Shown in pieces: positions 33,583 to 43,104 of a stretch of 43,104 nucleotides of DNA (positions are counted from its first letter, which is position 1; each line of letters starts with the position of its first letter). Origin of the DNA: Candidatus Methylomirabilota bacterium (GTDB taxonomy: Bacteria; Eisenbacteria; RBG-16-71-46); the NCBI GenBank assembly GCA_035606545.1, contig DATNFC010000017.1:1-43104 (forward strand). Reading direction: 5' to 3'. The notes beneath the pieces are model-generated. The model did no database searches. It was given only the letters and a program-made list of their open reading frames with translations, and was not told the DNA's origin. The position numbers were made by a program, and so were the translations under genes.

Positions 33583-34308
33583 CTACCTCGACGCCCGCGT
33601 CATCAAAGCCCGGTCGCGCTGCGCGCGCGCGGCGGCCAGCGCGGCCCCGGGGTCGCTCGCGCCGGTGATGGCGCGGCCGAGCACGAGCAGGCTCGCGCCG
33701 TCGCGCACGGCGCTCTCGATCGTGGCCACGCGCTTCTGGTCGTGCGCGTCCGCACCTGCGGGGCGGATACCGGGGGTCACGGCAAAGAACTCGCGGCCCA
33801 GCTTCGCGCGTACGCCCTCGAGATCCGCCGGCGAGCAGACCACGCCCAACGCGCCGGCCTTCTCGGCCTGGTCGATGAGCGCGGCGGCCACGGCGTGCAG
33901 GTCGAACGGCGTTGCGAACCCGGGCGGCATGGCGGCGGGGTCGAGGCTCGTGAGCAGCGTCACCGCGACCACGCGCGTCTTCCCGCCCGCCGCGCGGATG
34001 CCCTCGACCGCGGCGGCCACCATTGCCGCGCCGCCGGTGGCATGAACGGTGAGCAGGTCGGCGCCCAGCCGCGCGACCGCCGCGCCGGCGCCCTTCACCG
34101 TGTTGGGGATGTCGTGCAGCTTCAAGTCCAGGAACACGCGGCGCCCGCGCGCCTGCAGCGCCCTCACCGCCTCCGGCCCGGCCGCGGCGAAGAGCTCGAG
34201 CCCGATCTTGGCCAGCTCGGGCCCGGGCCCGAGCTGAGTATCGAGCGCGACCGCCGCCTCGAGCGTCGCGACGTCGAACGCGATCGCGAACTCCGGCGCG
34301 GGCTTCAC
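33583..34308 (-). CDS. pyrF: Orotidine-5'-phosphate decarboxylase
   Basis: FLDLKLHDIPNTV (active-site Lys), LLTVHATGG, VTLLTS and VTPGIRP. GTG 34308 overlaps the pyrD TGA (GTGA). Confidence 0.92.
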   Translation of the reverse strand: MKPAPEFAIAFDVATLEAAVALDTQLGPGPELAKIGLELFAAAGPEAVRALQARGRRVFLDLKLHDIPNTVKGAGAAVARLGADLLTVHATGGAAMVAAAVEGIRAAGGKTRVVAVTLLTSLDPAAMPPGFATPFDLHAVAAALIDQAEKAGALGVVCSPADLEGVRAKLGREFFAVTPGIRPAGADAHDQKRVATIESAVRDGASLLVLGRAITGASDPGAALAAARAQRDRALMTRASR

Positions 34309-35312
34309 GCGCGCTCCCCGTTGCGGGCGGGGGCGGTCGCGCGCTCCCCTTGCGCCGGCTCGGCGCGGAACGCGCCGACGAGGTCCCCGACGCGCGCCAT
34401 GCCGTTCGCCGCGAGCCACGTGCGCATCTCCGCGAGCACGCGGGTGCTGGCCTCGGGCTCGACGAACGTGGCCGTGCCCACCTGCACCGCGGCGGCGCCG
34501 GCGGCGATGAACTCGAGCGCGTCGCGGCCCGACGAGATGCCGCCGGAGCCCAACACGGGGATGCGCACGACGCCCGCGGCTTCCCAGCAGCGCGCGAGCG
34601 CCAGCGGCTTGATCGCGGGTCCGGAAAGTCCGCCGGTCGCCTTGCCCAGCCTGCTGCGCATGCCGTCCAGGTCGATCGCCATGGCGACGAACGTGTTGAC
34701 CGCGGTGAGCGCGTCGGCGCCGCCGCGCTCGCAGGCGCGCGCGGTGTCGCGAATGTCGGTCACGTCGGGCGACAGCTTGGCGATCAGCGGCTTGTCGGTG
34801 AGCGGCTTCAATTGCGCCAGCGTGCGCTCGAGCCTCTCGGGGTCCGCCCAATAGCGGGCTCCTCCAGCCGCGACATTGGGACACGAGAAGTTCACTTCGA
34901 ACGCGCCCACCCCGGCCTCGCGACCGAGTGCCCGCAGCAGCGTCTCCAGTTCCTCGGGCGTCTCGCCGCCGATGCTCGCGATCACCGTGGCCGCGAGCGC
35001 GCGCAGCCGCGGCAGCTTCTCATCGCGGAAGCGCTCGAGCCCGACGTTCTCCAGCCCGATCGAGTTGAGCATGCCGCCCACGGTCTCGGCCACGCGCTGG
35101 GGCGCGTTCCCGGCACGCGGCTTCACGGTGACCGTCTTCGTCACCACGCCGCCGATCGTGGACAGGTCCACGACGTGCGCGTACTCGTCGCCGTAACCGA
35201 ACGTGCCCGATGCGGTGAGGATCGGGTTGCGGAGCACGAGCGAGCCGATGCGGACCGAGAGATCGACCTTCTCGGGAGCGACCGGCGCGCGCTTCGTCGT
35301 GACGTGGCTCAT
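34305..35312 (-). CDS. pyrD: Dihydroorotate dehydrogenase, class 1B catalytic subunit
   Basis: LRNPILTASGTFGYG, MLNSIGLEN, FEVNFSCPN, GGLSGPAIKPLAL and PVLGSGGISSGRDALEF. ATG 35312 overlaps the pyrK TGA (ATGA). Confidence 0.93.
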   Translation of the reverse strand: MSHVTTKRAPVAPEKVDLSVRIGSLVLRNPILTASGTFGYGDEYAHVVDLSTIGGVVTKTVTVKPRAGNAPQRVAETVGGMLNSIGLENVGLERFRDEKLPRLRALAATVIASIGGETPEELETLLRALGREAGVGAFEVNFSCPNVAAGGARYWADPERLERTLAQLKPLTDKPLIAKLSPDVTDIRDTARACERGGADALTAVNTFVAMAIDLDGMRSRLGKATGGLSGPAIKPLALARCWEAAGVVRIPVLGSGGISSGRDALEFIAAGAAAVQVGTATFVEPEASTRVLAEMRTWLAANGMARVGDLVGAFRAEPAQGERATAPARNGERA

Positions 35313-36214
35313 TCCACGCGCTCCCAGTCGAGATCGCGCGCCTCGAACACGGGGCCATCGGTGCAGCACATCGCCCACTCGGGGTTGCCCTTGAGCGCGG
35401 CAGCTGGACCCGACTCCGTCGGGTGCCCGCCCTCGGCGAGCACGCGGGCGCGCGCCTCGCTCGAACGCGGCAGCGGACAGCCGCGGCAGACGCCGGTGCC
35501 GCACGCCATCACGCTCTCCATGGCGAGGTGTGCACGCGCGCCGTTCGCGATGGCCCAGCGCGCCACCGCGGCGAGCATGCGGTGCGGGCCGCAGGCGTGG
35601 ATCACGAGCGGTGGCTCGAGCTTCGGCGCGAGCTTCGTGAGCAGCGCCACGACGTCGCCGTGGAAGCCGCGGCTGCCGTCGTCGGTCGCGAGGTGCAGCC
35701 GGCCGCGCGCTCGCGCGAGCTGCGCCCGCGCCTCGGCGAGCCCCACCAGCAGCCCCGCCGTACGTGCGCCGAACACGAACTCGCAGCGCCGGCGCGAGCG
35801 CGCGAGCGACTCGGCGGCCATGAGCAGCGGTGCAACGCCACGCCCGCCGGCGATGAGCACGGGCGTGCCCGTCTCATGCAAGGGATAGCCGCGGCCCAGC
35901 GGCCCGGTGACGCTCACGCCCGCACCGGGCGGCAGCCCGGCGAGTGCCCGCGTGCCCGCGCCCACCGCGGCATAGAGGAAGCCGACGCGCAGCTTCCCGC
36001 GCACGCGCCGCATGCTTGCCACGCTCATCGGTCGCGGCAGCAGCACGGGCGATGGGAACTCGAGCAGGAGCTGGACGAACTGGCCCGCGATCGGGGCGAC
36101 GAAGCCTGCCGGCAGCTCGAGCTCGAGCCAGCGGAAGCCGGCGCCGTACTCGCGCTGCTGAACCACGCGCGCGCGCGACTGTCGCCACGTGCGCCGGAGC
36201 ACGCCCGGAGACAC
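35309..36214 (-). CDS. pyrK: Dihydroorotate dehydrogenase electron-transfer subunit (FAD / 2Fe-2S)
   Basis: GQFVQLL, RPMSV, VTGPLGRGY, LIAGGRGVAPL and MACGTGVCRGC...CCTDGPVF. The start is uncertain. GTG 36214 is chosen. TTG 36304, overlapping the upstream TGA, is an alternative. Confidence 0.85.
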   Translation of the reverse strand: MSPGVLRRTWRQSRARVVQQREYGAGFRWLELELPAGFVAPIAGQFVQLLLEFPSPVLLPRPMSVASMRRVRGKLRVGFLYAAVGAGTRALAGLPPGAGVSVTGPLGRGYPLHETGTPVLIAGGRGVAPLLMAAESLARSRRRCEFVFGARTAGLLVGLAEARAQLARARGRLHLATDDGSRGFHGDVVALLTKLAPKLEPPLVIHACGPHRMLAAVARWAIANGARAHLAMESVMACGTGVCRGCPLPRSSEARARVLAEGGHPTESGPAAALKGNPEWAMCCTDGPVFEARDLDWERVE

Positions 36215-36300
36215 GCCGTCCGGCGTCGCGCCCGTGGTCGACGTCCGCGCCCGTCGCGGCCGCGTGCGGCCACGGCTGGCGGCGGCCCGCTCGCGCGTGA

Positions 36301-38751
36301 TCAACGCTTGCCGGCCTTCGCGGAGTCCGCCGCGGCCTGCTTCTGGGCCTTCGCCGCCGCCTTCTCGGCTTCCTGCTGCGCCTTCTTCGCCGCCTTGTCG
36401 GCCTTCTTCGTCGAGTCCTCGACGGCCTTCGCGTGCTTGACCGAGTCGCGCTCGGCCTTCGTCTGCGTGACCCACAGCGAGCTGATCGGCCCGCCCTGCG
36501 CCTTGGGGGGCTTGGGCGCCACCGCCGCCTGGGTGGCCGGTGCGTGCGTGGCGGTTGCGGATGCGGACGAGGGCGACGTCGTCGTCGTCGTCGACTTCAC
36601 CGCCGTGGCGCCCACGGCCGCGGTCGCGGCTGCGGCACCTGGTGAGAGCCCGCGTTGCGTCGTGTCGGCGGTCGCGCCGCGCGTGCTGTCCGGCTGCACA
36701 GCGGCTCCGCCCTCGATCGCGAGCGCCCCCGGCAGTACCGCGGACTTGGCCGGGGCGTTCGCCTGTGTCGACATGCTCGACGGCGAACGCACGGCGCCCT
36801 CGGTCCCGCTCGCGAGGTTCGGAGCGCTGCCGCCGCCGGGGGCCATCACGACGCCGGCCGCGGCCGGCACGCTCCGCTGGATCGCGGCCATCTGCGCCGC
36901 CCGGCCGGCCGTGTCGGCCTGCGCGTAGGCGCGCCGCAGCGAGTCCGCATGCGCCTTGCCGGCGGCCGAGGTGTCCTGCGCCGCGACGCGCAGCACCGAG
37001 TCGCGCGTCGCCATCGCCTGCCGCACCGAGTCGGGAAGCTGGGCGTAGCGATAGGACTGCGGCGTGCCCGAGTGCAGGCTCGCCGAGCCGGCGGTGGTGG
37101 CGGCTCCCAGTGCGGCCGCGGACGAGTTCGGTCCCAGTTGTCCGCCGGCTTCGACCGGCGCGCTCCCGAGCGCCGGCGTGCTCGCGGGCGGCTGCGTCAG
37201 CGGCTCCTCCTCCGCGACCGGCGGCGGCAGGACCAACCCCTTGGGCGGCACGATCAACTTCTCGTCCACCTTCTGCCCCTCCGCCTCCAGGTAGTCGCGC
37301 GCGGCGAGCTGCGCCTCGGTCTCGGGGAAGTCGCGCACCACCTTCCAGAACAACGAGTCCGCCGACTCCTTGCGCTTGAGCTTGCGCGACAGCACCCAGG
37401 CCTCGGCGTTCATCGCCCGTGCCTTCACCGCCGGCGTGCTGCTCGACTCCGCGATCGCCCGGTACTGCTCCACCGCGCGGTCCGGTCGCTCGAGGTTGAA
37501 GAGATAGTGCTCGGCCACGAGGAAGCTCGCCTCGGACTGCTTCTCGGACGAATCCGCGCCGGTCGCGGTGCGGTACTTCTGGATGCGATCCAGGTTGTCC
37601 ATGCGCTGCTGCGCCTGCTGCGAGAACTGGGACGTGCCCGTCTGCTCCTTCACCTTGGCGTACTCGGTGGTGGCGCGCGCGAAGTCGTCGGCGCCGGTCT
37701 CGTACGCGTAGCCGATCCGGTATTGCGCTTCGGCCGCGAGCGGCGAGCGTGGGTAGTCCTGGAGCACGGTCTGGTAGAGATCGACCGCCTCGCTCGTGTG
37801 CCCGGCGAGCAGCTCCACGCCGCCCATGCGCAGCGTCAGCCGGCCGTAGCGATCGGCGCCGGGCTGGTTCGCGACGTAGGTCTGGGCCGGCGGCGGTGTC
37901 CCGGCCCCCGTGCTGCCCGTGCGCATCGCCTGCGGCACCGGCGGCGGCGGCGGGACGTGCGAGCGGGCGTCAGCGAGGAGCTGGCGGGCCGCGTCGTAGT
38001 CACGGCTCGCCTCGAGGCAGTCCACCTCGCGCAGCAGATAGAGCAGCCGATCGTCGTCGTTCAGCGCCCGCGCGCCGATGGCCTGGAAGTCCTCGCGCGC
38101 CTGCTGCCAGGCGTGCTGCTGGAAGCGCGCCTCGGCGCGCTGGCGGAGCGCGCGATCGGCGAGCACGTGCCCGGGCCAGCGCTGCAGCACCTGTCCCGCC
38201 GACGCGGCCGCCTCCTGGTAGCGCTCGAGCGACATCAGCGCCTTCGCGCGCTCGTAGTAGGCATACGGCGTCAGGTCGTCCTTCGGCCTCATGTTCAGGA
38301 ACGCTTCGAAGTGCTCCACCGACTGCTCGTGCTTGCGCGCCGCGCGGCAGGCGAGCCCGAGGAAGAACTCCGCATCGGGTCTCAGTTCGCTCTTCGGGAA
38401 GCGGACCTGGAACTCCTCGAGCATCGCGATCGCCTTCAGCGGATCGTCGGTGCCGACCAGCGCGGCCGCCCACAACATCCAGGCGTCGTCCACCCACTTG
38501 GACTTGGGATACACGCCGAGCAGCTTCTTCGAGTAGTCGGCCGACTTGTTGTAGTTCGGCCGCTGGGTCGTGCCCTCGCGGTCCACCTCGTAGGGCATGC
38601 CGTTGGTGGCCTTGAAGTAGTACTTCCGCGCCAGGTAGAACGTGTTGTAGTAGGCGCACGACGACAGCAGCGTGACGGCGAGGCCCAGCGTCACGCCGAG
38701 TCGGGCGAGTCTCATGCCGCGGCCACGGCGAGCACGGGTATCAACGTCCAT
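36301..38751 (-). CDS. Large TPR-repeat lipoprotein (BamD/YbgF-like TPRs) with a low-complexity Ala/Ser/Thr/Pro-rich C-terminal half and a Lys/Ala-rich tail
   Basis: MRLARLGVTLGLAVTLLSSC is a signal peptide plus lipobox. Repeated TPR-like helices are present (YPKSKWVDDAWMLWAAAL, FPKSELRPDAEFFLGLA, WPGHVLADRALRQRAEA, YPRSPLAAEAQYRIGYAY). The tail is KKADKAAKKAQQEAEKAAAKAQKQAAADSAKAGKR. ATG 38751 lies 3 nt after the carB stop. ATG 38715 is an alternative. Confidence 0.82.
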   Translation of the reverse strand: MDVDTRARRGRGMRLARLGVTLGLAVTLLSSCAYYNTFYLARKYYFKATNGMPYEVDREGTTQRPNYNKSADYSKKLLGVYPKSKWVDDAWMLWAAALVGTDDPLKAIAMLEEFQVRFPKSELRPDAEFFLGLACRAARKHEQSVEHFEAFLNMRPKDDLTPYAYYERAKALMSLERYQEAAASAGQVLQRWPGHVLADRALRQRAEARFQQHAWQQAREDFQAIGARALNDDDRLLYLLREVDCLEASRDYDAARQLLADARSHVPPPPPVPQAMRTGSTGAGTPPPAQTYVANQPGADRYGRLTLRMGGVELLAGHTSEAVDLYQTVLQDYPRSPLAAEAQYRIGYAYETGADDFARATTEYAKVKEQTGTSQFSQQAQQRMDNLDRIQKYRTATGADSSEKQSEASFLVAEHYLFNLERPDRAVEQYRAIAESSSTPAVKARAMNAEAWVLSRKLKRKESADSLFWKVVRDFPETEAQLAARDYLEAEGQKVDEKLIVPPKGLVLPPPVAEEEPLTQPPASTPALGSAPVEAGGQLGPNSSAAALGAATTAGSASLHSGTPQSYRYAQLPDSVRQAMATRDSVLRVAAQDTSAAGKAHADSLRRAYAQADTAGRAAQMAAIQRSVPAAAGVVMAPGGGSAPNLASGTEGAVRSPSSMSTQANAPAKSAVLPGALAIEGGAAVQPDSTRGATADTTQRGLSPGAAAATAAVGATAVKSTTTTTSPSSASATATHAPATQAAVAPKPPKAQGGPISSLWVTQTKAERDSVKHAKAVEDSTKKADKAAKKAQQEAEKAAAKAQKQAAADSAKAGKR

Positions 38752-38754
38752 CGT

Positions 38755-41700
38755 TCACAGCATCTCCTGCAGGCTCGTCACCTCGAGCGGGCCGCCGCGC
38801 ACGGCCTCGAGCCCGGCCACCGTGACCTGCGCGCCGGCCAGCGTCGTGACCACGGGCACGCCCATGGCCACCGCGCGCTCGCGGATGGCCTGCTCATCGT
38901 ATTCCGATGCGCGCCCGAGGGGCGTGTTGATCACGAGCTGGATCTCCCCGTTGTCGATCAGGTCGGCCACGTGCGGGCGGCCCTCGTGGACCTTGAACAC
39001 CTCGCGGGCCGGGATGGCATTCCGATGCAGGAACCGGGCCGTACCCCGGGTGGCCACCAGTCCATACCCCAGTTCCACCAACTTCTTCGCCATAAACGTG
39101 ATGGCGCGCTTGTCATCGTCCCTTACCGAGAGCAGGACGTTGCCCGAGGAAGGCAAGGCCTCGCCCGCCCCCAGGTGGGCCTTGGCCAGCGCCCGGCCGA
39201 AGTCCATGTCGCGGCCCATGACCTCGCCCGTGGACTTCATCTCCGGGCCCAGCAGCGCGTCCTCGCCCGGGAACCTGCTGAACGGCAGCACTGGCTTCTT
39301 GACGCTGATCATGCGCGGATCGGTCTCGGCCGGGCGGATGTCCGCGAGTCGTTCACCCGCCATGACGCGCGCCGCGAGCCGCGCGAGCGGGATGCCCACC
39401 GCCTTGGACACGAACGGCACGGTTCGCGACGCACGTGGATTGGCTTCGAGGACGTAGATCTCGCCGAGCCGCACCGCGTACTGGACATTCAAGAGCCCGC
39501 GCACGCCAAGCGCACGCGCGAGCGTGGCGGTGAGCGCGCGCACCTCGGCCACCGTCGACTCGCCGAGCGTGAACGGCGGGATCACGCACGTGGAATCGCC
39601 CGAGTGGATGCCCGCTTCCTCGATGTGCTCCATCACCGCGCCCACGAGCACGGTGTCGCCGTCGGCCACGGCGTCCACGTCGACCTCGAGCGCGCCCTCG
39701 AGGAACTTGTCGAGCAGCACCGGCTCGTCCACCGAGACCAGCGCCTCGCGCGCGAGCCAGTCCTCGAGCTCGTGGCGCTCGTAGACGATGCGCATGCCGC
39801 GGCCGCCGAGCACGTACGATGGCCGCACCAGCACCGGGTAGCCGAGCTTCTCCGCCACCCCCAGCGCCTCGTCGCGCGTCGAGGCGATGCCGGACTCGGG
39901 CTGCTTCAAGCCCAGCGAGTTCACGAGATCGCGCCAGCGCGAACGGTTCTCGGCCAGGTCCAGGCCGTCGAACGACGTCCCGAGCAGCGGCACGCCCGCC
40001 TCGTGGAGCGCCCGCGCGAGCTTCAACGGCGTCTGGCCGCCGAGCTGCACGATGACGCCCGAGGGCTTCTCGCGGTCGACGATGTTCAGCACGTCCTCGG
40101 CGGTGAGCGGCTCGAAGTAGAGCCGGCTCGAGACGTCGTAGTCGGTGCTCACGGTCTCGGGGTTCGAGTTCACGAGCAGCACGTCGAAGCCGCGCGACTT
40201 CAACTCGAGCGCCGCCTGAACGCAGCAGTAATCGAACTCCAGCCCCTGGCCGATGCGGTTCGGCCCCGAGCCGATGATGAGCACGCGCGGCTTCGTGGTT
40301 TCCGGCACCTCGCACTCGTCCTCGTACGTCGAGTAGAAGTACGGCGTCTCCGCCTGGAACTCGGCGCCGCAGGTGTCGACCGCCTTCATCACCGGGCGGA
40401 TGCCGGCGTTCAACCGATGCCGGCGCACCTCGGTCTCCTTGAGCCCCAACCGCGAGGCGAGGTGACGGTCGGAGAAGCCGAAGCGCTTGGCCTCGCGCAC
40501 GAGGTCGTCGTCCCAGCGCGCGCCCTTCAGGCGCTTGTCGAACTCGGTGATGCGCCGCATCTGGTGCAGGAACCACGGGTCGATGCCCGTCAGCTCGGCG
40601 ATCTCCGCGGGCTGCTGGCCCGCGGCCAGCACCCTGAAGATGTCGCGGAGCCGGTCCGGCGACGGCTCGCGCAGCGCGACCTGCAGCGGCTCCAGCTCCT
40701 CCGGCTGCGCGGGCTCGGGCAGCGTGTCCCCGCCGGTCTCCAGCGCGCGCCAGCCTTTCAGCAGCGCTTCGGGGAACGTGCGGCCGATCGCCATCACCTC
40801 GCCCACCGACTTCATGCGCGTGCCCAGGCGGCGGTCGGTGACGCGGAACTTCTCGAACGCCCAGCGCGGGATCTTGACCACGCAGTAGTCGAGCGACGGC
40901 TCGAAGCACGCCGGCGTCTTCTTCGTGATGTCGTTCGGGATCTCGTCCAGCGTCAGCCCCACGGCGAGCATCGTCGAGATCTTGGCGATCGGGAACCCGG
41001 TCGCCTTGCTCGCCAGCGCGGAGCTGCGCGAGACGCGCGGGTTCATTTCAATGACTCTCATCTCGCCCGTGCGGGGGTGGACGGCGAACTGGATGTTGCA
41101 GCCCCCGGCCTCGATGCGGATGGCGCGGATGATGCGGAGGGCGGCGTCGCGCATGTCCTGGTAGCACTTGTCGGAGAGCGTCTGCGCCGGCGCCACGGTG
41201 ATCGAGTCGCCGGTGTGGACCCCCATCGGGTCGAAGTTCTCGATCGAGCACACGATCACCACGTTGTCGTGGCGGTCGCGCATCACCTCCAGCTCGAACT
41301 CCTTCCAGCCGAGCAGGCATTCCTCGATGAGGATGCTGCTGTTGGGGCTCGCCGCGATGCCGATGCGCGCGGCCTCGCGCAGGTGGCGGCGATCGTGGAC
41401 GAGGCCCGAGCCCTGGCCACCGAGCGTGAACGACGAGCGGATGACGAGCGGGTAGCCCAGCTGCTCGCCCAACGCGACCGCGTCGGCGACGGTCGTGGCG
41501 TAGCCGCTCTTCGGCAGCAGCATCCCGGCCTGCTGCATCGCGGTCTTGAACCGGTCCCGGTCCTCGGCGGTCTCGATCGCGGCGAGCGAGGCGCCGATCA
41601 GCTGGACTTTGTACTTGTCCAGCGTTCCCCGGTGCGCCAATGCCACCGCGAGGTTCAGCGCCGTCTGGCCGCCGAGCGTGGGCAGCAGCGCGTCGGGCCG

Positions 41701-41943
41701 CTCCTTGGCGATGATGCGCTCGGCGATCTCGGGGATGAGCGGCTCGACGTACGTGCGGTCGGCGAACTCCGGGTCGGTCATGATCGTGGCCGGATTGGAG
41801 TTCAAGAGGACGACCTCGTAGCCCAACGCCTTCAGCGCGCGGCATCCCTGCGTCCCGGAGTAATCGAACTCGCAGGCCTGTCCGATCACGATGGGCCCGG
41901 CGCCGAGCACGAGAATGCGGCGGATGTCGGTGCGGCGCGGCAT
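38755..41943 (-). CDS. carB: Carbamoyl-phosphate synthase large subunit
   Basis: The N-terminus [60 protein letters not shown] second ATP-grasp half starts with [24 protein letters not shown]-terminal MGS-like domain is present. The protein is 1062 aa. Confidence 0.97.
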   Translation of the reverse strand: MPRRTDIRRILVLGAGPIVIGQACEFDYSGTQGCRALKALGYEVVLLNSNPATIMTDPEFADRTYVEPLIPEIAERIIAKERPDALLPTLGGQTALNLAVALAHRGTLDKYKVQLIGASLAAIETAEDRDRFKTAMQQAGMLLPKSGYATTVADAVALGEQLGYPLVIRSSFTLGGQGSGLVHDRRHLREAARIGIAASPNSSILIEECLLGWKEFELEVMRDRHDNVVIVCSIENFDPMGVHTGDSITVAPAQTLSDKCYQDMRDAALRIIRAIRIEAGGCNIQFAVHPRTGEMRVIEMNPRVSRSSALASKATGFPIAKISTMLAVGLTLDEIPNDITKKTPACFEPSLDYCVVKIPRWAFEKFRVTDRRLGTRMKSVGEVMAIGRTFPEALLKGWRALETGGDTLPEPAQPEELEPLQVALREPSPDRLRDIFRVLAAGQQPAEIAELTGIDPWFLHQMRRITEFDKRLKGARWDDDLVREAKRFGFSDRHLASRLGLKETEVRRHRLNAGIRPVMKAVDTCGAEFQAETPYFYSTYEDECEVPETTKPRVLIIGSGPNRIGQGLEFDYCCVQAALELKSRGFDVLLVNSNPETVSTDYDVSSRLYFEPLTAEDVLNIVDREKPSGVIVQLGGQTPLKLARALHEAGVPLLGTSFDGLDLAENRSRWRDLVNSLGLKQPESGIASTRDEALGVAEKLGYPVLVRPSYVLGGRGMRIVYERHELEDWLAREALVSVDEPVLLDKFLEGALEVDVDAVADGDTVLVGAVMEHIEEAGIHSGDSTCVIPPFTLGESTVAEVRALTATLARALGVRGLLNVQYAVRLGEIYVLEANPRASRTVPFVSKAVGIPLARLAARVMAGERLADIRPAETDPRMISVKKPVLPFSRFPGEDALLGPEMKSTGEVMGRDMDFGRALAKAHLGAGEALPSSGNVLLSVRDDDKRAITFMAKKLVELGYGLVATRGTARFLHRNAIPAREVFKVHEGRPHVADLIDNGEIQLVINTPLGRASEYDEQAIRERAVAMGVPVVTTLAGAQVTVAGLEAVRGGPLEVTSLQEML

Positions 41944-43104
41944 CAGCGCACGTCCTTTGCCGGGCGCGCGCCGGCGGCGCCGGTCGCATCGCCGCGGGTG
42001 CGTCCGCCGGTCGCCGCCGCGCGGGCCCGCGCGCCGCTCGCGGCCGGCTCCGCGGCCCGGCGCGCGCCGGCGGCGCGACCGTTACGCGCGATCGCGTCGG
42101 CGAACGCCTTGAACCACGGGCGCGAATCGTGCGGGCCCGGGCTCGCCTCGGGGTGGTACTGGCAGGCGAGCACCGGGAGCTTGCGGTGCACCATGCCCTC
42201 GAGCGTGCCGTCGTTGCCGCTCCAGTGCGTGAGCTCGAACTCGCCCGCCGGCAGCGTGTCGCCGTCCACCGTGAAGCCGTGGTTCTGGCTCGTCACCTCG
42301 ACCACGCCCGTGCGCCGGTCGATCACCGGGTGGTTGCTGCCGCGGTGGCCGAACTTGAGCTTCCGGGTCCTGGCGCCGAACGCCAATCCCAGGAGCTGGT
42401 GGCCGAGGCAGATGCCGAACGTCGGCAACTGGTGCGCCACCTCACGTGCCGCCTCGATCGCGAAATCCAGCGGTTCCGGGTCCCCCGGGCCGTTCGAGAG
42501 CAGCACGCCGGCCGCCTCGAGCGCGAGGATCTCGCTCGCGGGGGTGCGCGCGGGGAACACGCGCACGCGGAAGCCCTGCGCGCGCAGCCGGCGCAGGATG
42601 TTGTACTTGACGCCGAAGTCGTAGACCGCGACCAGCGGCCGCGTGCGCTCGGCGGTGGGCTCGCTCGGCGACGGCCCCGTGGCCGTCCACCAGTAGGGCT
42701 CGACGCACGTCACCACGTCGGCGAGCGCCAGGCCTTCCATCCTCGGGCTCTTCCGCGCCTTCTCCACCAGCTCGTCGGCGTTCGTGCTCTGGGTCGACAG
42801 GCAGCCGCGCATCGTGCCCTTGTCGCGCAGGTGGCGCGTGAGCGCGCGCGTGTCGATGCCGGAGATCCCCGGCAGCCCCTTCTCCGCGAGCAGCGCGTCG
42901 AGCGTGCCCGTCGAGCGCCAGTTGCTCGGGATCTCGCACAGGTCGCGGCACACCATGCCCTGCGCGCGCAGGTCGGCGCTCTCCATGTCCTCGGCGTTGA
43001 CACCGTAGTTGCCGATGAGGGGGTACGTGAACGTGAGGATCTGGCCGCAGTACGAGGGATCCGACATGACTTCCTGGTAGCCGGTCATCGCGGTGTTGAA
43101 CACC
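41943..43104 (-). CDS. carA: Carbamoyl-phosphate synthase small (glutaminase) subunit; N-terminus lies outside the window
   Basis: [43 protein letters not shown] (Cys nucleophile), NHGF and [13 protein letters not shown]. The stop TGA (41943-41945) shares 1 nt with the carB ATG. Confidence 0.95.
   Translation of the reverse strand, partial: VFNTAMTGYQEVMSDPSYCGQILTFTYPLIGNYGVNAEDMESADLRAQGMVCRDLCEIPSNWRSTGTLDALLAEKGLPGISGIDTRALTRHLRDKGTMRGCLSTQSTNADELVEKARKSPRMEGLALADVVTCVEPYWWTATGPSPSEPTAERTRPLVAVYDFGVKYNILRRLRAQGFRVRVFPARTPASEILALEAAGVLLSNGPGDPEPLDFAIEAAREVAHQLPTFGICLGHQLLGLAFGARTRKLKFGHRGSNHPVIDRRTGVVEVTSQNHGFTVDGDTLPAGEFELTHWSGNDGTLEGMVHRKLPVLACQYHPEASPGPHDSRPWFKAFADAIARNGRAAGARRAAEPAASGARARAAATGGRTRGDATGAAGARPAKDVR

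Noticed and set aside
36655-42624. 1989-aa plus-strand ORF spanning the TPR lipoprotein, carB and carA regions
   Set aside because: It is antisense to carB/carA, whose identity is certain. The translation is dominated by R/A/G/L/H/V repeats with no domain signature. This is a high-GC artefact.
1-43104. Looked for tRNA/rRNA genes, CRISPR repeat-spacer periodicity, transposase/integrase genes, toxin-antitoxin pairs and canonical defence-system genes
   Set aside because: Intergenic regions are all 205 bp or shorter and none shows a cloverleaf-like or repeat-spacer organisation. No ORF carries DDE, tyrosine- or serine-recombinase, nuclease or restriction-modification motifs that I could recognise.

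Overview
Gene-dense, very G+C-rich (about 70% by eye) bacterial chromosomal segment. I call 33 protein-coding genes, two of them cut by the window edges. I saw no rRNA, tRNA, CRISPR array, transposase or integrase.

Layout:
(1) nt 1-17302: polysaccharide locus A. It holds an AsnB-type amidotransferase, three GT4 glycosyltransferases, a secreted lipoprotein of unknown function, an opposite-strand SAM methyltransferase and a CDP-hexose cassette (rfbF, LhgO-like flavoprotein, SDR, RmlC-like cupin, SDR). It also holds a divergent GT-B-like protein, a Wzx flippase, a fused polytopic-membrane/spermidine-synthase-like/TPR protein and a TylF-type O-methyltransferase.
(2) nt 17442-20915: a stand-alone 1157-aa membrane-anchored Clp/Hsp100-type double-AAA+ ATPase. 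Its C-terminal ~287 aa align motif by motif with bacterial release factor 2, but the GGQ catalytic domain is excised. This is the most unusual object in the window, and I do not recall such an architecture being described.
(3) nt 21017-26261: polysaccharide locus B, with Rmd, a second MOP flippase, a formyltransferase, a DUF3473-type polysaccharide deacetylase and Gmd.
(4) An OPT transporter, an ECF sigma/anti-sigma pair with an upstream unknown membrane protein, a DMT transporter and an SRPBCC protein.
(5) A 168-bp nested palindromic intergenic element at 33396-33563.
(6) A pyrimidine operon, carA-carB-[TPR lipoprotein]-pyrK-pyrD-pyrF, all on the minus strand.

Most operon junctions are 1-4 nt start/stop overlaps. 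Many long ORFs in the track are antisense or off-frame high-GC artefacts and were rejected. All functional calls rest on motif recognition from memory. No database search was run.
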